The position numbers and the translations under genes are program-made. Under the pieces are notes generated by a model. That model was given only the letters and a program-made list of their open reading frames with translations, was not told the origin of the DNA and did no database searches. This document shows positions 30,054 through 40,523 of a stretch of 64,000 nt of DNA, one piece after another (position 1 is the first letter of the stretch; each line of letters opens with the position of its first letter). Origin of the DNA: an uncultured Desulfobacterales bacterium (GTDB lineage Bacteria > Desulfobacterota > DSM-4660 > Desulfatiglandales > JALVZP01); NCBI GenBank assembly GCA_964513995.1, contig CAZEOQ010000001.1, forward strand, positions 144,550 through 208,549, in the 5' to 3' direction.

Positions 30054-31418
30054 ATGAGGATAAAAGAGAACATATTCAGGCAGTATGACATCCGAGGGAC
30101 ATATCCTGATGAACTTAATGAAAGCACAGTAAAAGTCCTTGGAAAAGCAATAGGGACATATTACAGAAAGAAAGGGGCAAAAAGGATTGCTCTTGGAAGA
30201 GACTGCAGACTCAGTTCTCCTGATCTTTCAAGGTGGCTTCAGGAAGGTCTCCTTTCAACTGGAATAGATGTAATAAGACTTGGAGTTGTTCCTACACCAG
30301 TCGTATACTTCTCTACTTACAGGATGGACATAGATGGTGCTATCCAGATCACAGGAAGTCATAATCCTCCAGAATTTAATGGATTTAAGATATGTCTTGG
30401 AAAGGAGACGATATATGGAGATGAGATACAGGAGATAAGAAGGATTTGTGAAAAGGAAGAATTTTTTGAAGGAGAAGGAAGTGTAGAGGAAAGGGAGATA
30501 ATTCAGGAGTATATAGATTATGTCGTGAAGAACATAAAAGTAGGTCCATATAAAAAGAGGGTTGTCGTTGATGGAGGAAATGGAACTGCATGTGAACCTG
30601 CTTCTGAGATATACAGAAGACTTGGATTTGATGTTATTCCTATATACTGTGAGCCAGATGGAAGATTTCCAAATCATCATCCAGATCCAACAATACCAGA
30701 GTATCTAAAGGATCTTATAAAGAAGGTAAAAGAAGAAGGGGCAGATCTTGGAATAGCATTTGATGGAGATGGAGACAGGATCGGAGTAGTGGATCATGAA
30801 GGAAATATAATCTGGGGGGATCAGCTTCTTATACTTTTTTCAAGAGAGCTTCTTAAGGAACATAAAGGTGGAAAGATAATAGGAGAAGTAAAGTGTTCTC
30901 AACTGCTTTATGATGAAATAGAAAAGCTTGGTGGAGTTCCAATAATGTGGAAAACTGGTCATTCTCTTATAAAAAGCAAGCTTAAGGAAGAAGGTGCTCT
31001 TCTTGCAGGAGAGATGAGTGGGCATCTCTTTTTTGCTGAAAGATACTTTGGATATGATGATGCAATATATGCAGGTGCAAGGCTTCTTGAGATATTGTCT
31101 CATAAAAAAGAAAGCATAAAAGAGCTTCTTTCTGATCTTCCAAAGATGCTGAATACTCCTGAAATAAGAATAGACTGTCCTGACGAAAGAAAATTTAAGA
31201 TTGTTTCTGAAATATCAGAAGAATTCAAAAAAGAAGGAATGAGGGTAATAGATGTGGATGGTGCAAGGGTAATATTTGATGATGGATGGGGACTTCTTCG
31301 TGCATCAAATACACAGCCTGTCCTTGTCTTAAGATTTGAAGCAAAGACAGAAGAAGCACTTGAAAAGATAAGGAAGATATTCAAAGAAAAACTTGAAAAA
31401 AGGGGAATCAGCTTCTGA
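30054..31418 (+). CDS. manB: phosphomannomutase / phosphoglucomutase
   Basis: Active-site TGSHNPPEFNGFK, metal loop FDGDGDRIGVVD, and sugar loop GEMSGH. Confidence 0.9.
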   Translation: MRIKENIFRQYDIRGTYPDELNESTVKVLGKAIGTYYRKKGAKRIALGRDCRLSSPDLSRWLQEGLLSTGIDVIRLGVVPTPVVYFSTYRMDIDGAIQITGSHNPPEFNGFKICLGKETIYGDEIQEIRRICEKEEFFEGEGSVEEREIIQEYIDYVVKNIKVGPYKKRVVVDGGNGTACEPASEIYRRLGFDVIPIYCEPDGRFPNHHPDPTIPEYLKDLIKKVKEEGADLGIAFDGDGDRIGVVDHEGNIIWGDQLLILFSRELLKEHKGGKIIGEVKCSQLLYDEIEKLGGVPIMWKTGHSLIKSKLKEEGALLAGEMSGHLFFAERYFGYDDAIYAGARLLEILSHKKESIKELLSDLPKMLNTPEIRIDCPDERKFKIVSEISEEFKKEGMRVIDVDGARVIFDDGWGLLRASNTQPVLVLRFEAKTEEALEKIRKIFKEKLEKRGISF

Positions 31419-32091
31419 TTTCTGCAAGTATGACAGAAGTTTCTTCTTTTTCTGATCTAAGCCTTCTTATACGAGCTTTTACAGAGTAGTATTTGCTAAG
31501 GACTTCAAGGAACTTAAGACTGCTTTTTCTTATAGTCTCAGAAATTATAATGGTTCCTCCTTTTCTTAGAGCTTTTTTGAAAAGTTCCATAAGAGGATCA
31601 AAATCTTCTTCCTTGTATACAACTTCAGATCCTATAATGTAGTCATACCTTTCTTCTATCTTTGGATCTCTCCAGTCAAGAAGCATAACTTTTACATTCT
31701 CTGTTTTTTTCAGATTCTTCAGTGCATTTGCATAAGCAAAACAGAGTGCATCTTTGCTGTAGTCAGTAATCGTGACATTGTGTCCAGCTGATGCTGCAAC
31801 TATTCCAGAAACACCAATCCCTGCTCCTATTTCAAGAAAAGAGCTTTTTGGAATATTCATATTCAGGATGTATTCAGAAAGAACAATTGCACCTTCCCAT
31901 ATCCTTGCCCAAAGAGGAAACCCTGAAAGAGGATCTTCTTTGTCTATAAATTCAGAAATGTCACTTGGCACATAAAAACAGAACTTTTTACCTCCTATAA
32001 TGAGCTCTTCTTTATCTACCCTGTATTTCCTAAGAAACTCTTCTAATGAAAGCATCCTTTTCTTATAAAAAAAATTAAATGACATTGGCAA
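31408..32091 (-). CDS. class I SAM-dependent methyltransferase (Methyltransf_16 / protein-lysine MTase-like)
   Basis: The motif I region FLEIGAGIGVSGIVAA and LDW...YDYIIGSEVVY resemble the METTL21/FAM86-type family. The 3' end overlaps manB by 11 nt, convergently. Confidence 0.65.
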   Translation of the reverse strand: MPMSFNFFYKKRMLSLEEFLRKYRVDKEELIIGGKKFCFYVPSDISEFIDKEDPLSGFPLWARIWEGAIVLSEYILNMNIPKSSFLEIGAGIGVSGIVAASAGHNVTITDYSKDALCFAYANALKNLKKTENVKVMLLDWRDPKIEERYDYIIGSEVVYKEEDFDPLMELFKKALRKGGTIIISETIRKSSLKFLEVLSKYYSVKARIRRLRSEKEETSVILAEIRS

Positions 32092-32142
32092 GAAATTGGT
32101 GTATCCTAAAAAAAAAGCTGTAATATTTCAAGCTGATAAGCT

Positions 32143-32778
32143 ATGGTCATAGCTATTATTGACTATAGAGCAGGAAATCTTACAAGTGTAAAAAGGGCTT
32201 TAGACAGTCTTTATCTGAGATCGTTTATTACAGATGATCCTTCAGAGATAATTAAGGCAGACAGGATAATATTTCCTGGAGTTGGAGCAGCTGGAAGTGC
32301 AATGGAAAATCTTAAAGAATCTGGAATAGACGAAGCCATAAAAGAGGCATTTTATAGAGGTAAACCCATTCTTGGTATATGTCTTGGAACTCAGATAATT
32401 ATGGAATGGAGTGAGGAGGATAATACAAGATGTTTAGGGCTTATTCCAGGAACTGTAAAAAGATTTCCTGAAGATATGAAAGACAAAGAAGGAAAAAGAC
32501 TGAAAGTCCCTCACATGGGATGGAACAGGATCTTTATGATAAGGAAACATCCTCTTTTTGAAGGAATAGATCCAGATCATGAATTCTATTTTGTTCATTC
32601 GTATTTTCCTGTTCCAAAAGAAAGATCATATGTAATAGGAGAGACAGAATATGGGATAAGGTTTCCGTCTGTTATAGGATACAGAAATCTTTTTGCTGTC
32701 CAGTTTCATCCAGAAAAGAGTGGAAGACCAGGTCTTAAGATCTTAGAAAATTTTTCAAGGTGGGATGGAGATGCTTAG
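32143..32778 (+). CDS. hisH: imidazole glycerol phosphate synthase, glutamine amidotransferase subunit
   Basis: [14 protein letters not shown], catalytic GICLGTQ, and FHPEKS. Confidence 0.95.
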   Translation: MVIAIIDYRAGNLTSVKRALDSLYLRSFITDDPSEIIKADRIIFPGVGAAGSAMENLKESGIDEAIKEAFYRGKPILGICLGTQIIMEWSEEDNTRCLGLIPGTVKRFPEDMKDKEGKRLKVPHMGWNRIFMIRKHPLFEGIDPDHEFYFVHSYFPVPKERSYVIGETEYGIRFPSVIGYRNLFAVQFHPEKSGRPGLKILENFSRWDGDA

Positions 32779-33547
32779 CAAAAGAATAATACCTTGTCTT
32801 GATGTAAGAGATGGTAAGCTTACAAAAGGAATAAAGTTTAAAAACAATGTGGACATAGGAGATCCTGTGGAAGCAGCTGAAAGATACTACAGAGAAGGTG
32901 CAGATGAGATAATATTTTATGACATTACTGCATCTTATGAAAAAAGAAGCATAATGATAGATACAGTAAAAAGGGTTGCAGAAAGGATATTTATTCCATT
33001 TTCTGTTGGAGGAGGGATAAGGTCAGTTGAAGACATGAGAGAGGTGCTTCTTGCTGGTGCAGAAAAAGTAAGCATAAATTCTGCTGCAGTAAGGAACCCT
33101 GAACTCATCCGTCAGGGTGCAAAAGAGTTTGGAAGTCAGTGTATAGTCCTTGGAATGGATGTAAAAAAGGTTGGGAAAGGAAAAACTCCAAGCGGATATG
33201 AGATAGTTATAGATGGAGGAAGGACATATACGGGAATAGATGCACTTGAATGGGCAAAAAGGGCAGAAGAGCTTGGTGCAGGAGAGATATGTCTCAATTC
33301 AATAGATGCAGATGGAACGCAGCAGGGATATGAAATAGAGCTTACGAGGCTTATTGCAGAAAATGTAGAAATTCCTGTGATTGCATCAGGTGGAGCAGGA
33401 AAACCAGAACATCTTTTTGAAGTCCTTACAGAAGGAAAGGCAGATGCTGCACTCGTAGCATCTATTGTCCATTATGGAAAATACAGCATAGGTGAACTTA
33501 AAAGATTCTTGCATGAAAGGGGAATAAAGGTAAGATTAAAATGGTGA
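32765..33547 (+). CDS. hisF: imidazole glycerol phosphate synthase, cyclase subunit
   Basis: [20 protein letters not shown], and NSIDADGT. Confidence 0.95.
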   Translation: MEMLSKRIIPCLDVRDGKLTKGIKFKNNVDIGDPVEAAERYYREGADEIIFYDITASYEKRSIMIDTVKRVAERIFIPFSVGGGIRSVEDMREVLLAGAEKVSINSAAVRNPELIRQGAKEFGSQCIVLGMDVKKVGKGKTPSGYEIVIDGGRTYTGIDALEWAKRAEELGAGEICLNSIDADGTQQGYEIELTRLIAENVEIPVIASGGAGKPEHLFEVLTEGKADAALVASIVHYGKYSIGELKRFLHERGIKVRLKW

Positions 33548-33559
33548 GGAGGTGATTCT

Positions 33560-33934
33560 ATGGCAAAGATCCTTATTGTTGATGATGAAGAACACATCCG
33601 TGAACTCTATTCAGAAGAGCTTCAAGAGGCAGGATATGAGGTTGCAACAGCTGAAAGTGGTTATAAGATCCTTGAAAAGATAGAGAAGGAAAAGCCTGAT
33701 CTCGTTGTTCTGGATATAAAAATGGGAGAGTATAATGGACTTGACATACTTCAGGAGATAAGAAACAAGTATTATGACCTTCCTGTGATTCTCTGCACTG
33801 CTTATGATACCTTCAAAGAGGACATAAAGTCTATAGCAGCAGACTTTTATGTGATAAAGTCATTTGACCTTACAGAACTGAAAAACAAGATTGCTATGGC
33901 ACTTGAAGCAACAAAGACTACAGAAGAAGACTGA
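33560..33934 (+). CDS. single-domain response regulator (CheY-like receiver)
   Basis: ILIVDDEEH, phospho-acceptor context DLVVLDIKM, conserved T/K positions, 124 aa. SD gaggagg. Confidence 0.85.
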   Translation: MAKILIVDDEEHIRELYSEELQEAGYEVATAESGYKILEKIEKEKPDLVVLDIKMGEYNGLDILQEIRNKYYDLPVILCTAYDTFKEDIKSIAADFYVIKSFDLTELKNKIAMALEATKTTEED

Positions 33935-35359
33935 TTACTTTAAGCTAAGTATTACATATCTCGTATACTCTCCATCATATACGAGAAGAAGGACTCTTTT
34001 GGATTTTTCTGATTTCTTAAGAGCTTTGAAAAATTCCTTAGTATTCCTTACAGGAGTCCTGTTTACTTCCATAATAAGCATTCCTGGTTCAAGTCCTGCC
34101 CGATCTGCTGGACTTCCTGGAATAACCTTTGAAATAAGAACACCTTTTTCTCCTGTATATCCAAACTGCTCTGCAAGCTGTTTTGTAAGATTCTGTATTG
34201 AGAATCCAAGTTTTCTCAGGATCTCTGACCTTGTAGCAAATGCAAGTCTTGCCTCTTTCAGATTTCCAATAACAACCTGAAGTTCCTTCCTTTTTCCATT
34301 TCTTATCACGACTATCTTTACTCGTGTTCCTGGTGGAGTAAGGGCTACCATATTTCTGAACTGACTTACATCCTTTACCTCCTTTCCATTAAACTCTATC
34401 ACGACATCTCCTCTTTTGATTCCTCCTTTCTGTGCAGGTGATCCTTCCATGACATCAGCAATAAGGACCCCTTCATTCTCTTTCAGTCCAAATTCTTCCC
34501 TAAGAGCAGGTGTAAGCTCCTGTATCATAACACCAAGATATCCTCTTACGACTTCTCCTTTTTCTATAAGCTGTTTTTCAATAGCCTTTACCATGTTTAT
34601 CGGTATTGCAAATCCTATTCCCATATATCCTCCGCTTTTTGTATATATTGCCGTATTTATCCCAACAACCTCTCCTTTTATGTTTATAAGTGGTCCTCCT
34701 GAATTTCCAGGATTTATTGCAGCATCTGTCTGAATGAAATCCTCATAGTCAGTTATTCCAATACCACTTCTTCCTTTTGCACTCACAACTCCTACTGTAA
34801 TCGTATATGAAAGACCAAATGGATTTCCTATTGCCATAACAAGCTCTCCTACCTTAAGCTTATCAGAATCTCCTAAGGGAAGTGTAGGAAGATCCTGTGC
34901 ATCTATCTTTAGAAGTGCAACATCTGTATTTGGATCTGTTCCAACTACCTTTGCCTCAAACTCCCTTTTGTCATGAAGTCTTACTATGATTTTGTCTGCA
35001 CCCTGAATCACATGATTATTTGTAAGGATATAGCCATTTTCTGATATGATAAATCCTGAACCAAGCCCTCTTTCTTTATATTCCCTTGGAAAGCGTGGAA
35101 AATGGAAAAATGGTCCAAAGAAGTGTTTAAAAAAAGGATCTTCTTCAAAAAAGTCAAAAGGACTCCTTTCTATCCTTACCTTCTTCTCTGTCTTTATAAA
35201 TACAACAGCAGGAATTGCCTTTTTTGCTATTTTTGAAAATGCCTCAGATACTTCTTTTAGTATCTCAGTGCTTTTAAGATCTATCTTTGCATAACAGGGA
35301 AAAGAAAGAAGAACTGTCAGAAGAAAGATAAATGAATTTTTAATAAGCCTCTGCAACAT
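33935..35359 (-). CDS. htrA: periplasmic serine endoprotease HtrA/DegP (trypsin domain + two PDZ)
   Basis: GNSGGPL catalytic-Ser motif, TNNHV, two PDZ domains, and a signal peptide starting [20 protein letters not shown]. The ORF extends to 35419, but the ATG at 35359 has SD aaggag 9 nt upstream. It overlaps the clpB stop by 20 nt. Confidence 0.9.
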   Translation of the reverse strand: MLQRLIKNSFIFLLTVLLSFPCYAKIDLKSTEILKEVSEAFSKIAKKAIPAVVFIKTEKKVRIERSPFDFFEEDPFFKHFFGPFFHFPRFPREYKERGLGSGFIISENGYILTNNHVIQGADKIIVRLHDKREFEAKVVGTDPNTDVALLKIDAQDLPTLPLGDSDKLKVGELVMAIGNPFGLSYTITVGVVSAKGRSGIGITDYEDFIQTDAAINPGNSGGPLINIKGEVVGINTAIYTKSGGYMGIGFAIPINMVKAIEKQLIEKGEVVRGYLGVMIQELTPALREEFGLKENEGVLIADVMEGSPAQKGGIKRGDVVIEFNGKEVKDVSQFRNMVALTPPGTRVKIVVIRNGKRKELQVVIGNLKEARLAFATRSEILRKLGFSIQNLTKQLAEQFGYTGEKGVLISKVIPGSPADRAGLEPGMLIMEVNRTPVRNTKEFFKALKKSEKSKRVLLLVYDGEYTRYVILSLK

Positions 35360-37973
35360 GCCTTTCTTCTCCTTCTTGATTGATTGGTATAAGTTCAAGT
35401 CTTCCATCCAAAAGATCAACCTTTACAGTTCCACCTTCAAGTAGCTTTCCAGCTATAAGAAGCTTTGCAAGTGGTGTTTCAATATTCTTCTGTATGTATC
35501 TTCTGAGTGGTCTTGCTCCATAAACAGGATCATATCCTGATTTTGCAATGAATCTTCTTGCCTCATCTGTTATCTCTATCCTTATGTGTCTTTCTTCAAG
35601 TCTTTTTGCAAGATCATTCACAAGCAGTAACACAATCTTTTCCACTTCGTCAAGTGTAAGAGGCTTAAACATAACGATCTCATCTATACGATTCAGAAAT
35701 TCTGGTCTGAAGTGTCTCCTCAGCTCCTGCATAACAAGATCCTTTATATGGCTTTTTATCTCTCCTTTTTCTGTAACTCCTTCAAGAAGATAGTGTGAAC
35801 CGAGATTGCTCGTCATAATGATTATTGTATTCTTGAAGTCAACTGTCCTTCCTTTTCCATCAGTAAGTCTTCCATCATCAAATATCTGAAGAAGGATGTT
35901 GAATACATCATGATGTGCCTTTTCTATCTCATCAAAAAGTATGACTGAATAAGGCTTTCTTCTTACAGCTTCTGTAAGCTGTCCTCCTTCTTCATATCCA
36001 ACATATCCTGGAGGAGCACCAATTAGTCTTGATACAGTATGCTTTTCCATATATTCTGTCATGTCTATCCTTATAAGGTTTTCTTCTGTGTCAAAAAGTG
36101 CTTCTGCAAGTGTCTTTGCAAGCTCTGTCTTTCCTACTCCTGTTGGTCCAAGAAAGAGAAATGTCCCTATTGGTCTTCTTGGATCCTTTATTCCTGCCCT
36201 TGCCCTTATAACAGCATCTGCAACAAGCTTTACTGCCTCGTCCTGTCCAACGATTCTTCTATGAAGGATCTCTTCAAGTTTCAGCATCTTTTCCCTTTCA
36301 CTTTCCATAAGCTTTGATACAGGAATTCCTGTCCAGCGTGAAACAATCTCTGCAATCTCTTCTTCTGTAACCTCTTCTCTGAGTAGTCTTCTTCCTACTT
36401 TCTTAAGCTTCTCTTCTTCCTCTTTTAGCTGTTTTTCAAGTTCTACGAGCTTTCCATATCTGAGTTCTGCAACCTTATTCAGATCATACTGTCTTTCAGC
36501 AACCTCTATCTGATGCCTTACCTTTTCTATCTCTTCTCTCAATGTCTGAATCTTCTTTATTGCCTCTTTTTCCTTTTCCCACTGAGCCCTAAGCTCCTTT
36601 TCTTTTTCTCTTAAGTTTGCAAGCTCCTTCTGTATGTTTTTAAGTCTTTCCCTGCTTGCTCTGTCTGTTTCTTTCTTCAGTGCTGCCTCTTCTATCTCAA
36701 GCTGCATTATCTTTCTCGTAATTTCATCAAGTTCTGTTGGCATTGAGTCTATCTCTGTCCTTATCATTGCACATGCTTCGTCTATAAGATCTATTGCCTT
36801 GTCAGGAAGGTATCTGTCTGTTATGTAGCGGTGAGAAAGTGTTGCTGCAGCAACAATTGCACTGTCATGTATCCTTACTCCGTGATGAACCTCATATCTT
36901 TCTTTCAGTCCTCTAAGGATTGAAATTGTCTCTTCTACGGATGGTTCTTCTACAAGGACTGGCTGAAATCTTCTTTCAAGTGCAGGATCTTTTTCTATAT
37001 ACTTCCTGTATTCATCCACTGTTGTTGCACCAATGCAGTGAAGTTCTCCTCTTGCAAGCATAGGCTTTAGCATATTTCCTGCATCCATTGCACCTTCTGC
37101 CCTTCCTGCACCAACAATTGTATGAAGCTCATCTATGAAAAGTATTATCCTTCCTTCTGACTGTTTTATCTCATTGAGGACTGCCTTTAGTCTTTCTTCA
37201 AACTCACCCCTGTATTTTGCTCCTGCAATAAGGGCACCCATGTCAAGTGCAAATATAGTTTTGTCTTTCAGACCTTCTGGAACATCTCCTCTTACAATTC
37301 TTTGTGCAAGCCCTTCTACAATAGCAGTCTTTCCAACACCAGGATCACCTATAAGAACAGGATTATTCTTTGTCTTTCTGCTAAGTATCCTTATGACCCT
37401 TCTTATCTCACTGTCTCTTCCTATTACAGGATCAAGCTTTCCCTTTCTTGCTTCCTCAACAAGATCCCTTCCGTATTTCTTAAGTGCCTCATATGTTGCT
37501 TCTGGCTCTGGGCTTGTTACCCTCTGATGACCTCTTACTTCAGCAAGGACATTAAGTATTGCCTCACGAGTTATGTTAAACTCTTTCAGGATCTTTGAAA
37601 CAGCAGTATACCTTTCTTCAGAAAATGCAAGAAGGAGGTGTTCAACAGATACATATTCATCCTTCAGATTTTTTGCCTCTTCCTGTGCTCTTATAAGTAG
37701 CTGATTAAGTCTTGATGTCATGTATCTTCCAAGTTCTGCACCAGGACCACCAACCTTTGGTCTTTTTTCAAGCTCCTGAATCAGCCTTTCTTTTATGACA
37801 TTAACAGGTGCTCCTATCTTTTCTATAATCCTTGGAACAAGTCCCTGATCCTGTTCAAGAAGTGCAAGAAAAAGATGCTCTCCATCAACCTCCTGATGAC
37901 CATATTTTATTGCAATGGCTTGTGCTGACTGAAGTGCTTCCTGTGATTTTATCGTAAATTTATTAAGATCCAT
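35340..37973 (-). CDS. clpB: ATP-dependent chaperone/disaggregase ClpB
   Basis: 877 aa. Two AAA+ modules ([13 protein letters not shown]; [12 protein letters not shown]) separated by a long coiled-coil M-domain, with an N-terminal Clp_N repeat. Confidence 0.97.
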   Translation of the reverse strand: MDLNKFTIKSQEALQSAQAIAIKYGHQEVDGEHLFLALLEQDQGLVPRIIEKIGAPVNVIKERLIQELEKRPKVGGPGAELGRYMTSRLNQLLIRAQEEAKNLKDEYVSVEHLLLAFSEERYTAVSKILKEFNITREAILNVLAEVRGHQRVTSPEPEATYEALKKYGRDLVEEARKGKLDPVIGRDSEIRRVIRILSRKTKNNPVLIGDPGVGKTAIVEGLAQRIVRGDVPEGLKDKTIFALDMGALIAGAKYRGEFEERLKAVLNEIKQSEGRIILFIDELHTIVGAGRAEGAMDAGNMLKPMLARGELHCIGATTVDEYRKYIEKDPALERRFQPVLVEEPSVEETISILRGLKERYEVHHGVRIHDSAIVAAATLSHRYITDRYLPDKAIDLIDEACAMIRTEIDSMPTELDEITRKIMQLEIEEAALKKETDRASRERLKNIQKELANLREKEKELRAQWEKEKEAIKKIQTLREEIEKVRHQIEVAERQYDLNKVAELRYGKLVELEKQLKEEEEKLKKVGRRLLREEVTEEEIAEIVSRWTGIPVSKLMESEREKMLKLEEILHRRIVGQDEAVKLVADAVIRARAGIKDPRRPIGTFLFLGPTGVGKTELAKTLAEALFDTEENLIRIDMTEYMEKHTVSRLIGAPPGYVGYEEGGQLTEAVRRKPYSVILFDEIEKAHHDVFNILLQIFDDGRLTDGKGRTVDFKNTIIIMTSNLGSHYLLEGVTEKGEIKSHIKDLVMQELRRHFRPEFLNRIDEIVMFKPLTLDEVEKIVLLLVNDLAKRLEERHIRIEITDEARRFIAKSGYDPVYGARPLRRYIQKNIETPLAKLLIAGKLLEGGTVKVDLLDGRLELIPINQEGEERHVAEAY

Positions 37974-38322
37974 GTGTTTCCCTCCTTAATGTGTTTTCTA
38001 TTATTGCTTCAAGTTCTTTTATTCTTTTTTCCAAAGCTTCTATCCTTTCCAGAAGCTCTAAGACAACACCTATTCCTGCAAAGTTTATCTCAAGGTCATT
38101 GTGAAGTCTCATGATCTTATAGATCAGGGGAATCACATCTTTTGAAAAAAGCCATTCTCCATTCTGATTTTTTCCTAAGGGATCAATAAGACCAAGAGAT
38201 ATGAACTTTTCAATAAGATCTTCCTGAACTCCTGTAAGATCTGCTACCTGTTTTATAGTTAATACAAAAATGCTAATATTCAATGGTCTTCTGACTGCTG
38301 GATAATTCTTTTCCATAAACAT
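37963..38322 (-). CDS. cbpM: MerR-like chaperone-modulatory protein (CbpM/HspR-type)
   Basis: [29 protein letters not shown] plus a C-terminal [26 protein letters not shown] resembling E. coli CbpM ([22 protein letters not shown]). It lies immediately downstream of the cbpA-type gene. Confidence 0.65.
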   Translation of the reverse strand: MFMEKNYPAVRRPLNISIFVLTIKQVADLTGVQEDLIEKFISLGLIDPLGKNQNGEWLFSKDVIPLIYKIMRLHNDLEINFAGIGVVLELLERIEALEKRIKELEAIIENTLRRETHGS

Positions 38323-38327
38323 TCCTC

Positions 38328-39275
38328 CTAAAGCCTTGGATTAAATGCAGAGACTTTTTTCAGCTCCTCCATAAGCTTTCTTTCTCTTTCATTAAGCCTT
38401 TTTGGAACCATTATCTTTATAACCGCATACAGATCTCCTGGTTCTCCTTTTGGATCTGGCATTCCTTTCCCTTTTATCCTCAGCTTTTGTCCAGACTGAA
38501 CTCCAGCAGGAACATTTATGCTTATTGGACCAGAAAGAGTATCAACAATTATCTTTGCTCCAAGAGCTGCTTCCCATGGAGTTAAAGGAAGATCCATGTA
38601 TAGATCTTTTCCTCTTAGGCGAAATTTTGGATGTGGCTCTATTTCTATCTTCAGATAAAGATCTCCTCTTTCTCCACCAGCTATCCCTTCACCACCCTGA
38701 CCAGCAAGTCTTATCTTCTGTCCAGGAAGTATTCCAGGAGGAATCCTTACCTGATATTGCCTTTCTTCTAAGGTGATCCTTCCGTCTTGAAGTCTTTTTG
38801 GAATCTTTACCTTTACTTTCTTTATCCCACCTCTGTAAGCTTCTTCAAGAGTTATCCTTAAAGGGACTTCATAGTCCTCTCCTCTTTTTGGCATAGTAAA
38901 TCCTATGTCTTCAAATATCCTTCTTTTTCCAAAAAGTGTTTCAAAAAAGTCACTGAAGTCTCCTTTTGCTGTCCAGTAGTATGTCTTTCTGAAAGGACCT
39001 TCAAATTCTATGTGAAAATCCCAATCTGGAGGAGGTCTGAATTCCTGTCCATGAGTCCAACCAGCATTTAAAAGCTCATCATACTTTTTTCTTTTTTCAG
39101 GATCACTCAGAACCTCATATGCTTCATTTATCTCTTTAAACTTCTCTTGAGCTTCTGGATCTTTGTTTATATCAGGATGATACTTCCTTGCAAGCTTTCT
39201 ATATGCACGCCTTATCTCTTCTTGAGTAGCATCCCTTGATACACCTAATATCTTATAGTAGTCCTTGAACTCCAC
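38328..39275 (-). CDS. cbpA: curved-DNA-binding / DnaJ-like co-chaperone CbpA-type (no zinc finger)
   Basis: GTG start with SD aaggag. J domain [33 protein letters not shown], and two DnaJ_C beta domains. Confidence 0.85.
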   Translation of the reverse strand: MEFKDYYKILGVSRDATQEEIRRAYRKLARKYHPDINKDPEAQEKFKEINEAYEVLSDPEKRKKYDELLNAGWTHGQEFRPPPDWDFHIEFEGPFRKTYYWTAKGDFSDFFETLFGKRRIFEDIGFTMPKRGEDYEVPLRITLEEAYRGGIKKVKVKIPKRLQDGRITLEERQYQVRIPPGILPGQKIRLAGQGGEGIAGGERGDLYLKIEIEPHPKFRLRGKDLYMDLPLTPWEAALGAKIIVDTLSGPISINVPAGVQSGQKLRIKGKGMPDPKGEPGDLYAVIKIMVPKRLNERERKLMEELKKVSAFNPRL

Positions 39276-39329
39276 CTTTTTCTCCTTTCTTCATAATAAC
39301 TTATTTTCAGTAAAATGAACATGACTTTT

Positions 39330-40523
39330 TCATGAATTTTCGGAAAAAGAAGAACTTTTTTCGGAAATAAGGATTCCTGTAACAGCTGTTGCAAAAGCCA
39401 GGATAAAGGTTGCAATAAAGAATGTGTATTCTAAGGAAAAGACCTCTATAAAGATCCCTGTCATAACAGGACCAAATAGCATACCAATGCTGTGAGCCTG
39501 AGCCATAAGTGCCATGATTGATCCCATAGCATTCTTCTTTCTTCCTTCAATAACACTTATTGCCATAAGAGAAGGGATGGAAAAGGCTGAAGCAATTCCT
39601 AATAGTGCATTTATAAATGCAATCTCTAAGAATCCTTTTGCTTTTGTAAGTGCAAGAAGGGAAATGATTCCTATAGCTCCACCAGTAATTATCATGGATT
39701 TCTTGCTGAATCTGTCTGCAAGATATCCCATTGGTGTTTGAAAGAAACAGGATACAATGACATGTATAGAAAGCAGAAGTCCTATAGCTGTGCTTGAAAG
39801 ACCAAGTTTTAAGGTTGCTATAAGAGGAAGAAATGTCCAGATTATTCCTATGCATGATGTAAAACATATCCTGAAAAAGAAAAGAGAGAATAATGTAGGA
39901 TCTCTGAGAAGTTTCAGATAAGAAGTCTTTTCTGGATTTCTGTCTGCTTTTGGTTCATTCTTTCTTGGTGGAAGAAAAAAGAAGCAGAGAAAAAAACCTA
40001 CAGAAGCAAGAACTCCCATACTCAGGAAAGAATATCTTATGTCTGAGTGATCCTTTACAAATCCTCCAACAACAGGTCCTAAACTGAGACCTCCATAAAG
40101 TGAGGTATTAAAAAGTCCCATAATCCTTCCTTCATATCTTTCAGGTGTAATAATTCCAACATATGCCTGAGCAACAGGAAGGATCATTGCAGAAGCAAAT
40201 CCTTGTGTAAGTCTTAAAAATATAAGATGCCAGACATCTTTTGTCATGGAATAAAGAACAGAAAGCAAAAGGTAGATAAGAAGACCACAGATAAGTATTG
40301 TCTTTTTTCCTTTTCTTTCAGAAAGCTTTCCAAAAAAAGGGACAAATATGCTTCTCGTAAAGGAAAATGCTCCAAATATAAGTCCTATCTGAAAAGGACC
40401 TGCTCCAAGCTGATGAGCGTATACGGGAAGAAGTGGACCGATTATTGATGCTCCCATTGTTGTAACGAAGACAGAAATAAAAAGAGTAAGAAATATCTTT
40501 ATGAAACTATGATCCTTTGACAT
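39330..40523 (-). CDS. MFS transporter (12 TM)
   Basis: 397 aa and hydrophobic throughout, with the MFS loop motif GKLSERKGKK between TM2 and TM3. Confidence 0.8.
   Translation of the reverse strand: MSKDHSFIKIFLTLFISVFVTTMGASIIGPLLPVYAHQLGAGPFQIGLIFGAFSFTRSIFVPFFGKLSERKGKKTILICGLLIYLLLSVLYSMTKDVWHLIFLRLTQGFASAMILPVAQAYVGIITPERYEGRIMGLFNTSLYGGLSLGPVVGGFVKDHSDIRYSFLSMGVLASVGFFLCFFFLPPRKNEPKADRNPEKTSYLKLLRDPTLFSLFFFRICFTSCIGIIWTFLPLIATLKLGLSSTAIGLLLSIHVIVSCFFQTPMGYLADRFSKKSMIITGGAIGIISLLALTKAKGFLEIAFINALLGIASAFSIPSLMAISVIEGRKKNAMGSIMALMAQAHSIGMLFGPVMTGIFIEVFSLEYTFFIATFILAFATAVTGILISEKSSSFSENS

Noticed and set aside
33891-34280. A 129-aa + strand ORF starting inside the response-regulator gene and running into the htrA region.
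   Set aside because: It overlaps the PDZ-encoding part of htrA on the opposite strand and has no family resemblance. It is a shadow ORF.
39276-39345. A search upstream of cbpA for HAIR, CIRCE or sigma-32 promoter motifs. I noted the 8-bp palindrome TTCATGAA (39329-39336) and two TTTCCGAAAA repeats.
   Set aside because: None matches the known consensus sequences. The palindrome spans the MFS stop codon and the repeats lie in MFS coding sequence (SEK/SEN codons), so they are likely coincidental.
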